IMG/VR virus record: IMGVR_UViG_3300042558_004148
Span: 309,486 to 373,485 of that record
DNA: 64,000 nucleotides
Reading direction: 5' to 3' (one strand)
Shown in pieces: positions 18,722-25,489 of the stretch. The notes under the pieces are model-generated. The model was not told the origin of the DNA. It ran no database searches and saw only the letters and a list, made by a program, of their open reading frames with translations. Position numbers and translations under genes: made by a program. The number at the start of each line of letters is the position of its first letter. The stretch's first letter is position 1.

Positions 18722-18847
18722 GGGTAACCTTCCGGGGTGGGAACCGGAGCCAACGCGTAATTTTGGCGTCATCCATGACTAAGGTTAATAAGGAAACAGC
18801 AAGACTCGAGTAATTGCAAATCCAGGGTTCGATTCCCCTGTTACCCA
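18722..18847 (+). ncRNA. 126-nt tRNA-like RNA with a multibranched interior
   Basis: GGGTAA/TTACCC-A acceptor; CAGGG-TTCGATTC-CCCTG; TTCCGG-GGTGGGAA-CCGGAG hairpin. Confidence 0.6.
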
Positions 18848-18879
18848 CAAAAATAATGAAGATTAATAATTAAAAGATT

Positions 18880-19338
18880 ATGACAATTAGAGAACAGATA
18901 AATGCAGATTTCGTAACTGCAATGAAAGCAAAGGACGAAAATGCTAAAATGGCTTTAAATAGCATCAAGGCTTCTATTACTAATTCAGAAAAGGCAAGTC
19001 CAACATGGATTGCAACTGACGATGAGGTAATTAAAATTGTCAGCAAAGGAATCAAACAACGTGAGGAATCTATTAAAATGTATGATTTGGCAAATAGACC
19101 AGAATTGGTTACTAAAGAACAGGATGAAATTAGTATTCTGAAAAAATACATGCCTGCTCAGATGAGTGAACAAGAGATTGCGGATGCCTTGACAGTAATC
19201 ATGCAAGGTTTTGCTGGAGTAATTACAAATTCTCAAGCACTTGTTGGTAAAACTATTGGAGAATTCAATAAACAATACCAAGGTCGTGCAGATATCGGAA
19301 CAGTTAAAATGCTAGTTAATTCATTAGTTGAATGTTAA
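18880..19338 (+). CDS. GatB/YqeY domain protein
   Basis: IREQINADFVTAMKAKD...IKQREESIKMYDLANRPELVTKEQDEISILKKYMPAQMSE. Confidence 0.9.
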   Translation: MTIREQINADFVTAMKAKDENAKMALNSIKASITNSEKASPTWIATDDEVIKIVSKGIKQREESIKMYDLANRPELVTKEQDEISILKKYMPAQMSEQEIADALTVIMQGFAGVITNSQALVGKTIGEFNKQYQGRADIGTVKMLVNSLVEC

Positions 19339-19360
19339 TTAGTTAATTTTTGCTAAATAA

Positions 19361-19392
19361 TTTTTTTACCCCGTATCTATGTGATACATTTG
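19361..19392 (+). promoter_or_regulatory. class-1 promoter
   Basis: TTTTTTTACCCCG-11nt-TACATTTG. Confidence 0.75.
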
Positions 19393-19434
19393 CAGAAATA
19401 ATAAAAATATAGTTAATCTTTAAAGATAATAAAT

Positions 19435-20352
19435 ATGAGAAGAAATTCATTAGAATCAAAGGGTCTTTCAATGTCACAGGCTCAGTCAGTATCAAATCTT
19501 TGTAACCAAAGAGCTAGAGACATCAACTTTAAATTAGCTGATATAAATAATATCAGCAAATCGATCACTGTCGATGGAATGGAATATCATGAAGTTGAGG
19601 CTAAACCAATCCCGGTGAATGTTAATGAGCTTCTTGATCAAAAGTCTAAGCTGCATGCAACCCAATCATTTCTTATGGAGAATATCAAAGCCAAGGAGGA
19701 AATGCTAAACGATGTCAAATGGGATGAATTTGAATTCGATAGGGACCAGCCTGTTAAGGGAGAATTAAAATCAATCAAGAAGTTAAACGAGGTTGATGAA
19801 AAATGGGGATGGGAACAGTTATCGACTGCCGAATATAATGAATATTTGGAGGCTGAAGCATATGCTTCCCATGTTGGTCAATTCATCCACAAAGGTGGTA
19901 AATTAGATCAATTAAGAAGTGAGCTTCCGAATATTAAGAAATTGGAATGGATGGAAATCGAGGCTGGAAAAAAGACTCCGGTTAAGGTTGAGATTCATCA
20001 CACAAGTGATGATCTTTTAAAAATCCATGAAGATCTTGCTTCTACCCACAGAAAGCATGAACAAAGGGTTAACTACTTTAAAGCAAAAATAAAGAACCTT
20101 GTTACTTCGGAAAATGCAAGGATTGCTAAAGAAAATGCAGTTGCTCAGGCTGGAATAAAAGAACACAACGATAATGTTCTTGATGCTTATAATAAAGCAA
20201 TGGAAGAATACAGATCTAGCTATAGAGAAGCTTCGGATTTATTCGAAGAAAAAAGACAAAAAGAGATCGCTCGAATCTCAGCTCTAAGAATTGAGGTTGA
20301 TCCAAGATTTAAAGAAACAATTGATATGTTTCTATCTGAGGTTTCAGAATAA
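19435..20352 (+). CDS. coiled-coil-rich hypothetical protein (GLSMSQAQSVSNLCNQ)
   Basis: 305-aa ORF downstream of a promoter. Confidence 0.75.
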   Translation: MRRNSLESKGLSMSQAQSVSNLCNQRARDINFKLADINNISKSITVDGMEYHEVEAKPIPVNVNELLDQKSKLHATQSFLMENIKAKEEMLNDVKWDEFEFDRDQPVKGELKSIKKLNEVDEKWGWEQLSTAEYNEYLEAEAYASHVGQFIHKGGKLDQLRSELPNIKKLEWMEIEAGKKTPVKVEIHHTSDDLLKIHEDLASTHRKHEQRVNYFKAKIKNLVTSENARIAKENAVAQAGIKEHNDNVLDAYNKAMEEYRSSYREASDLFEEKRQKEIARISALRIEVDPRFKETIDMFLSEVSE

Positions 20353-20360
20353 TTAAAAGT

Positions 20361-20709
20361 GGGGTTGGTTATGGATAGTCAGGAGACGATTCCATAACCA
20401 TTTGATTGAAGGTGGTAATGTTTTATATAAAATCTTATCGATGATAGTTATAAACTAATTTAAGTGTTTCTACGGAAACAGATAAAACAGCAACCGCTTC
20501 CTTTACAAAAACAAAAAAAACTGAGATAGAACTCAATTGTTAAACAAGTTACTGAAATCTCATAGAGAAAGAGGAATCTTTACCACTAGACAGATAATTG
20601 GTTAGCAAAAAGAGACTTGGTTTTTGACTTTGCCTTTGTAGTAAAGGAAGGTCTTTGACGTTGGCATTGTCGTTAGCATAGTCTATACACTTTATCATTT
20701 TCATAACCC
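20361..20709 (+). ncRNA. putative ~350-nt structured RNA or 3' UTR element
   Basis: GGTTATGGA/TCCATAACC; CTTCCTTTAC (20497)/GTAAAGGAAG (20641); TGTTTC-TACG-GAAACA. Confidence 0.4.
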
Positions 20710-20715
20710 ATAATA

Positions 20716-20787
20716 TTACCAGTTGGCGTATTGGCATACGCACCCGATCGTAAGGGAGATATTAGGTTCGATTCCTATGCTGGTAGC
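20716..20787 (+). ncRNA. tRNA-like/pseudo-tRNA with an irregular anticodon arm
   Basis: TTACCAG/CTGGTAG; GCGTA-TTGGCA-TACGC; TAGG-TTCGATT-CCTA; CCC-GATCGTAA-GGG. Confidence 0.55.
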
Positions 20788-20792
20788 AAATA

Positions 20793-20972
20793 GAGTTTGT
20801 CGGTCCGTGATGATGATTAATTCTTTTATGGATGCAGTAGGAGTAAACGTGTTGTTGGCGTAAACCACATTGCTATAAACCACATTAGTAGACCTGTAGA
20901 TGGTGATAATTAATTATCCCGTAGGGTTATAATAATAAATCAATCCATAGTGAATACAGCGTCGGCAAGCTC
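20793..20972 (+). ncRNA. putative 180-nt structured RNA
   Basis: GAGTTTGTCG/CGGCAAGCTC closing helix; TATGGAT/ATCCATA inner helix. Confidence 0.45.
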
Positions 20973-20979
20973 CATTTAT

Positions 20980-21094
20980 GTTACTGTAGCTTAGCGGAAG
21001 AGCAGTCTCCCTGTAACCGTGCGTAGGGTTCGATTCCCTTTCAGATTGGATGCGAGACGTGGGATTGGCATAGGTTCGAATCCTATCAGTAACT
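20980..21094 (+). ncRNA. tRNA-like RNA with a 44-nt anticodon loop that contains a second T-arm motif
   Basis: Perfect acceptor GTTACTG/CAGTAAC, anticodon stem GTCTC/GAGAC and T arm ATAGG-TTCGAAT-CCTAT; inner AGGG-TTCGATT-CCCT. Confidence 0.7.
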
Positions 21095-21099
21095 CAAAA

Positions 21100-21298
21100 G
21101 TGTTGTTAGCTCAATTTGGTCAGAGCTTCCGATGGGTAGATATTAAGAAGATTCTAGACACTATCTTAAAAAGGGCCACAGGGACACGGAGTGCTAGGTG
21201 ATATGCGTAATGAAATTAATTACTTCATGTAACAGGTCATAGGGTCCGTAAACGGTACATAAGGCCGTTGGGTATAGGTTCGAATCCTGTACAACACA
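21100..21298 (+). ncRNA. 199-nt tRNA-like RNA with large internal expansions
   Basis: GTGTTGT/ACAACAC-A; D arm GCTC-AATTTGGTCA-GAGC; ATAGG-TTCGAAT-CCTGT. Confidence 0.7.
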
Positions 21299-21415
21299 CG
21301 ATGTGGCGTTGACCTGTCTGCTGCCACAATGGATAAGAGGAATAGCTTTTAGGAAGTAGATCCAATTTGATGCGCAAAAAAGTGGAGGGTGACGAACGGG
21401 GAGAGACTCGTCCAT

Positions 21416-21487
21416 AGTTCCATAGTTTAACGGATAGAATTTCCCACTACGGATGGGAAGATGAGGGTTCGAATCCTTCTGGGACTA
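21416..21487 (+). tRNA. tRNA-Arg(ACG)
   Basis: TCCCA-CTACGGA-TGGGA. Confidence 0.9.
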
Positions 21488-21525
21488 CTAATTATCGAAT
21501 AATATTTAGAAAATAATAGAAAATA

Positions 21526-21557
21526 TTTTTTTTATCCGAAACTTTTCCCTATTTTTG
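21526..21557 (+). promoter_or_regulatory. class-1 promoter for tRNA array B
   Basis: TTTTTTTTATCCG-11nt-TATTTTTG; GATATATA at 21580-21587. Confidence 0.75.
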
Positions 21558-21606
21558 CATAGAAATTAAAAGGGAGAAAGATATATAAATCTCAAAATAA
21601 CATAAA

Positions 21607-21708
21607 ATGAAACAAGTACAATACACATTATCGTCACTGCATTTAGATACAACAAGTACATCTTGTGAGTTATCACTGTGCGTTGAAAAGGAGAAGGTAT
21701 TGGTATAA
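21607..21708 (+). CDS. 33-aa putative leader peptide (MKQVQYTLSSLHLDTTSTSCELSLCVEKEKVLV)
   Basis: Same position as the 14370 leader: promoter, ORF, terminator, tRNAs. Confidence 0.6.
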   Translation: MKQVQYTLSSLHLDTTSTSCELSLCVEKEKVLV

Positions 21709-21728
21709 GTATATAAAAACTTAAATCT

Positions 21729-21760
21729 AAAAGGTCTCCTCTAAAAAGGAGACCTTTTTT
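21729..21760 (+). terminator. terminator/attenuator hairpin before the tRNA-Ser array
   Basis: AAAAGGTCTCCT-CTAAAA-AGGAGACCTTTT plus TT. Confidence 0.85.
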
Positions 21761-21797
21761 ATTTTACGAGATCTTTGACATATTGGAAGCCAAAAAA

Positions 21798-21881
21798 GGA
21801 GGAGTAATTAAGCTGGCGCTTGACCTAGTCTTGAAAACTAGCGGTACCCTCGGGTATGGGGATCGATACCTCACTCCTCCG
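21798..21881 (+). tRNA. tRNA-Ser(TGA) copy 1
   Basis: CTAGT-CTTGAAA-ACTAG; long variable arm; T loop ATCGATA. Confidence 0.85.
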
Positions 21882-21890
21882 CAAATGAAT

Positions 21891-21977
21891 GGAAAGTTGT
21901 CCGAGTGGCTTAAGGAGCACGCTTGGAAAGCGTGTGCATCCGAAAGGGTGCCATAGGTTCGAATCCTATACTTTCCG
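21891..21977 (+). tRNA. tRNA-Ser(GGA)
   Basis: CACGC-TTGGAAA-GCGTG. Confidence 0.95.
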
Positions 21978-21982
21978 CACAT

Positions 21983-22055
21983 TCCTCCGTGGCTCAATTG
22001 GTAGAGCAGCTGATTTGTAATCAGCAGGTTGCAGGTTCGATCCCTGTCGGAGGAT
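21983..22055 (+). tRNA. tRNA-Thr(TGT)
   Basis: GCTGA-TTTGTAA-TCAGC. Confidence 0.93.
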
Positions 22056-22070
22056 CTAATAAATAAAAAT

Positions 22071-22142
22071 GGCACTGTGGTCGATTGGCTCAGGCGTCCG
22101 CCTGCAAAGCGGAAGAGATAGGTTCGATTCCTATTGGTGCCT
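22071..22142 (+). tRNA. tRNA-Cys(GCA)
   Basis: TCCGC-CTGCAAA-GCGGA; U73. Confidence 0.92.
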
Positions 22143-22160
22143 CTAATTAATAACTTGCTT

Positions 22161-22583
22161 ATGAATGATATAGAAAAAATAGCTTTAGCAAAAGCTAAGA
22201 TCGAGGAGGAAAGAGCTAACAGGAAAGAAGCTATGATTAAATACTGGAATAATTTAAAGAAATTTGAAAATCCATGCGACGTTCCAGGTATTCCTAGAGT
22301 TGAAGAAAAGGAGTATAAAGAATTCTATGTACCCAGACTTATAGCTGCTGGAGCAATACCGAAAGCAGATCTTGTAGATGGACAATTTTACTTCGGTGAA
22401 TATAGAAATGCTAATGTTGGTAAATGGATAGCTGAAAAAAACTTATTTGAACACTGGAGATATAAATTCGGATTTCGTTTAGATACTTGTAATCACTTCG
22501 AGGATGATAATGGATTTGCATTATTCGTTCCTATTAGATTAGCAAATGATGCTGAAATAGAGGAATACCTCAGCACAAAATAA
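22161..22583 (+). CDS. hypothetical protein (probable start MNDIEK)
   Basis: The track start at 22134 lies inside tRNA-Cys; ATG at 22161 is outside it. Confidence 0.7.
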   Translation: MNDIEKIALAKAKIEEERANRKEAMIKYWNNLKKFENPCDVPGIPRVEEKEYKEFYVPRLIAAGAIPKADLVDGQFYFGEYRNANVGKWIAEKNLFEHWRYKFGFRLDTCNHFEDDNGFALFVPIRLANDAEIEEYLSTK

Positions 22584-22588
22584 TACAT

Positions 22589-22663
22589 GGTGGCCGTAGT
22601 TCAGTTGGTTAGAACGTCTGGTTGTGGTCCAGAAGGTCGTCGGTTCGATCCCGACCGGTCACC
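22589..22663 (+). tRNA. tRNA-His(GTG)
   Basis: G-1; TCTGG-TTGTGGT-CCAGA; C73. Confidence 0.95.
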
Positions 22664-22794
22664 CTTTTTTATTACTAAGATTATGGCTTTTATTAAGATC
22701 CATCAAAGGTTTTGAATTAGTTTAGATTCTCAGGGCTAATATAGTCGACGATTCGAAATCAACTTTAGAATATATAATTATAAAAATAAAATTT

Positions 22795-23478
22795 ATGTGG
22801 AATGAAACCGAGTCTATTCTTGCTAAAAAATTACTAGAGGATGGAAAAAAATATAGAGAAATATCAGAAGTAATAGGTAAAAGTTACAATTCAATTAAAA
22901 ACCATCTTTTGAAAAAATATGGAATAAATCAATCTCAATTCGACAACTTAAGAAATATCGATATTCTAATTTGCCTTTGTTGTGGAGATGAGTTCGATAA
23001 TGAGAAATCTGGCAAGACAAGAAAATATTGCTCAGTGACGTGTTCAAATATAAGTAGAGGGAAAAAAAATCTAAAAAATTGTCCGATCTGTTTTAATACA
23101 GTAGATAAAGAAAAAAGAACCAAATACTGTTCACCAGAATGTCATAGTAAATCTATAACAAAAATAAATCAGGAAAAATTAGACGGCGGGATTTTTACTG
23201 ATTCAAACAGAAAAACTATTAAGAAGTTTTTAATATTAAAAAGAGGACACTGCTGTGAAATTTGTAAAAATGAAAGTTGGAATGGCGTAAATATACCATT
23301 AATATTGGATCACATTGACGGAAATCCCCAAAATAACCTAGAAAATAATTTTAGGTTGATTTGTCCAAATTGTGACGCACTAACACCAACTTATATGGGG
23401 AGAAATATAAAAAATATAAAAAGAAAACCCCGACAAAGAGATTTAGATAGGGATATAAAAATACAGAAGAATTCGTGA
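22795..23478 (+). CDS. free-standing HNH endonuclease with an N-terminal HTH and Zn-finger modules
   Basis: CEIC...LILDHIDGNPQNNLENNFRLICPNCDA; YCSVTC and YCSPEC; GAATATATA at 22768. Confidence 0.9.
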   Translation: MWNETESILAKKLLEDGKKYREISEVIGKSYNSIKNHLLKKYGINQSQFDNLRNIDILICLCCGDEFDNEKSGKTRKYCSVTCSNISRGKKNLKNCPICFNTVDKEKRTKYCSPECHSKSITKINQEKLDGGIFTDSNRKTIKKFLILKRGHCCEICKNESWNGVNIPLILDHIDGNPQNNLENNFRLICPNCDALTPTYMGRNIKNIKRKPRQRDLDRDIKIQKNS

Positions 23479-23495
23479 TTATGATCGGATCAATT

Positions 23496-23576
23496 GCTTG
23501 AGTGGTGGAATTAGGTAGACACGCTAGATTTAGGATCTAGTGCTTCGGCGTGAGGGTTCGATTCCCTCCTTGAGTA
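23496..23576 (+). tRNA. tRNA-Leu(TAG) copy 2
   Basis: CTAGA-TTTAGGA-TCTAG. Confidence 0.92.
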
Positions 23577-23581
23577 CAAAT

Positions 23582-23667
23582 GCCCCGGTGGTGAAACTGG
23601 TAGACACGCTGGACTTAAAATTCAGTGGGCCGTAAGGTCCGTGCGGGTTCGACTCCCGCCCGGGGTA
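23582..23667 (+). tRNA. tRNA-Leu(TAA)
   Basis: CTGGA-CTTAAAA-TTCAG. Confidence 0.93.
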
Positions 23668-23672
23668 CAATT

Positions 23673-23758
23673 GGAGAGTGATCCGTGATGGCGATCGGGT
23701 CCGCCTGCTAAGCGTGACGTACGGGAAACCGTATGAGGTTCGATTCCTCCGCTCTCCG
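23673..23758 (+). tRNA. tRNA-Ser(GCT)
   Basis: CGC-CTGCTAA-GCG; long variable arm; GGAGAG/CTCTCC-G. Confidence 0.82.
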
Positions 23759-23784
23759 CTTTTAATTAAAAAAATTAGATATTA

Positions 23785-23816
23785 TTTTTATTACCCGTGA
23801 AACATTATTATATTTG
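23785..23816 (+). promoter_or_regulatory. class-1 promoter for tRNA array C
   Basis: TTTTTATTACCCG-11nt-TATATTTG. Confidence 0.75.
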
Positions 23817-23863
23817 CAGAGTAATAAAAATAACATATAATAAACAGTTCATTGAAAATATAT

Positions 23864-23936
23864 CGTGGGGTAGAGCAGTAGGTAGCTCATTGGGCTCATA
23901 ACCCAAAGGTCGTCGGTTCGAGTCCGGCCCCCGCTA
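23864..23936 (+). tRNA. initiator tRNA-fMet(CAT) copy 1
   Basis: Unpaired 1:72; GGG/CCC in the anticodon stem. Confidence 0.92.
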
Positions 23937-23941
23937 CTAAA

Positions 23942-24089
23942 GGTTGCGAAAGCTATAGGTCAGTATGTAATGCTGATTGGCCAATGGATTAATGATGATT
24001 TAGTATTACTGCCCGAGATACCGGTTAAGCAGCATGGTAAGTGACTAAGTAAGTAATTGATATAGTAGGTTCGATTCCTACCGTGACCA
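23942..24089 (+). ncRNA. 148-nt tRNA-like RNA (acceptor and T arm only)
   Basis: GGTTGCG/CGTGACC-A; GTAGG-TTCGATT-CCTAC. Confidence 0.65.
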
Positions 24090-24094
24090 CATAT

Positions 24095-24167
24095 TGCGGA
24101 GTAGAGCAGTTGGTAGCTCAGTGGGCTCATAACCCAAAGGTCGCAGGTTCGAGTCCTGCCTCCGCTA
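24095..24167 (+). tRNA. initiator tRNA-fMet(CAT) copy 2
   Basis: TGCGGAG/CTCCGCT; GGG-CTCATAA-CCC. Confidence 0.9.
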
Positions 24168-24356
24168 CGAGTCGCTTTTAGTTATCCCTGTAGAAGATAG
24201 AGGTTTGGGTAGTGAAGTAAACCAGTGGAATTCTACAACTTTAAAAGTTTGTGTGACAAAGTAAGGTCTAATTTTCCTGACAAGGGGGCTTCCCGACGAA
24301 AAATAGAAGCTCAACTAATTAAGTAGAATCTGAATCGCTCAATTCAGATTCGAAAC

Positions 24357-24457
24357 GGTCCGGTGGTGAAGTTGGTAAACACTAAGGTGGATGTATTCGA
24401 AGGCCAAGAATAACTAACATCTACTAGGCGTCGCAGGTTCGAATCCTGCCCGGTCCA
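24357..24457 (+). ncRNA. 101-nt tRNA-like RNA with an elongated anticodon arm
   Basis: GGTCCGG/CCGGTCC-A; GTG-AAGTTGGTAAA-CAC; GTGGATGT/ACATCTAC; GCAGG-TTCGAAT-CCTGC. Confidence 0.7.
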
Positions 24458-24507
24458 CAAATCTCAAGATTAATTACCTTGAGGCTGTCAGGTTCGAAAC
24501 TGACGAT

Positions 24508-24611
24508 TGGCTATAGTGTATTGGAGCACAGCAGAACGGAGTACAAGAATAGTGCTTAGCACTCACGGAAAGGGGACGCAGGTTTAAGGTTCGAATCCTT
24601 ATTAGTCACCA
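24508..24611 (+). ncRNA. 104-nt tRNA-like RNA with an expanded anticodon region, ending ACCA
   Basis: TGGCTA/TAGTCA; GTG-TATTGGAG-CAC; TAAGG-TTCGAAT-CCTTA. Confidence 0.65.
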
Positions 24612-24735
24612 AATTTAAAAGTACACCGGAACGCTCTGATTTGTCGAAAGACTTTTCAACGACGGTACGAGGCAGTCTCTGTTTATTCGCGGTACAGAGA
24701 AAGAGAGGTTCATCCCGCTGCGTCCTCGTTATAAT

Positions 24736-24807
24736 GGTCCTGTAGTTAAACGGCTATAATGCTGCCCTGTCACGGCAGAGTTCGGAGTTCGATTCTCCGT
24801 GGGACCG
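24736..24807 (+). tRNA. tRNA-Asp(GTC)
   Basis: CTGCC-CTGTCAC-GGCAG. Confidence 0.95.
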
Positions 24808-24809
24808 CA

Positions 24810-24951
24810 AAAAGATAATGGTTCTTTCTACGTAGGTTGTCGACAAACCGAAATAGGTAAAAAAAGTTCACCACCCCTTGTGCCTGGATCCAGTAAAACT
24901 CAGGAAAGCACTTAAGATTGGAGCGAGAAGGGTACTCCATCATTATCTTTT
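24810..24951 (+). ncRNA. putative 142-nt structured RNA
   Basis: AAAAGATAATG/CATTATCTTTT closing helix; GTGC-CTG...CAG-GAAA-GCAC. Confidence 0.45.
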
Positions 24952-24956
24952 TAACC

Positions 24957-25043
24957 GGAGGAGTCGCATAGTGGTTTAGTGCACCGGTCTTGAAAACCGG
25001 CGATCCTGAAAGGGGTCCGTGAGTTCGAATCTCACCTCCTCCG
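24957..25043 (+). tRNA. tRNA-Ser(TGA) copy 2
   Basis: CCGGT-CTTGAAA-ACCGG. Confidence 0.95.
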
Positions 25044-25047
25044 CAAA

Positions 25048-25342
25048 GGGTAAGAGATACCCTCCATGTTTAGATCTCATTAAAGGATCTCGGTTAATGT
25101 CCAGGTGGTAACCGAAAGCTGGTTTGGAAAGCAATCATCTCATGGGTGGTAATGAGTCAAATTAGTTAAAATACTGGAACTGAGAACAAAGGCAGGTAGC
25201 AGAGCCTCTCAGTAGCTTGACAGGTTTTTATGTGGTAAGACACTAATGAAAAGCTTCGCATGGCTCGTACCCATGGGAGTGATGGTTCTCGAAACAGCTA
25301 GAGTAACCCGTTAAAATCTAGCTTAGCACATCTCACTAAGTG
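25048..25342 (+). ncRNA. putative ~295-nt structured RNA
   Basis: Several hairpins (CTCAT/ATGAG, CTGAGA/TCTCAG, AGCTAGA/TCTAGCT, CTTAG/CTAAG); no long ORF; richer in GC than the coding background. Confidence 0.45.
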
Positions 25343-25347
25343 AACAT

Positions 25348-25419
25348 GGCCCGTTCGACTATCGGTTAGGTCGTCAGGTTTTCATCCTGGAAAGAGGGGT
25401 TCGATTCCCCTACGGGCTA
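25348..25419 (+). tRNA. tRNA-Glu(TTC)
   Basis: TCAGG-TTTTCAT-CCTGG. Confidence 0.95.
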
Positions 25420-25489
25420 CTATGTGTTAGATACTGTAATATTTAACACAGAGCCAATGAAAGTGATTTACAGATTGCTTGAATTGGTT

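Noticed and set aside
20549-20743. Antisense ORF with DYANDNANV resembling a DGR template repeat
   Set aside because: Short, with no variable-repeat partner or RT; better explained as the reverse of a U-rich RNA strand
22664-22794. Group I intron around the HNH gene (CTAATATAGTC resembles the S element)
   Set aside because: Flanking tRNAs are intact, and no P7 partner or other core helices could be built
21100-24089. tmRNA call for the long tRNA-like RNAs
   Set aside because: No GGGG.../G3:U70 Ala acceptor, and lengths are well below typical tmRNA
21798-25043. Possible stop-codon reassignment from tRNAs labelled TGA, TAA or TAG
   Set aside because: These are anticodons of Ser and Leu tRNAs. 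No CTA, TTA or TCA suppressor anticodon is present, and the ORFs are intact in the standard code
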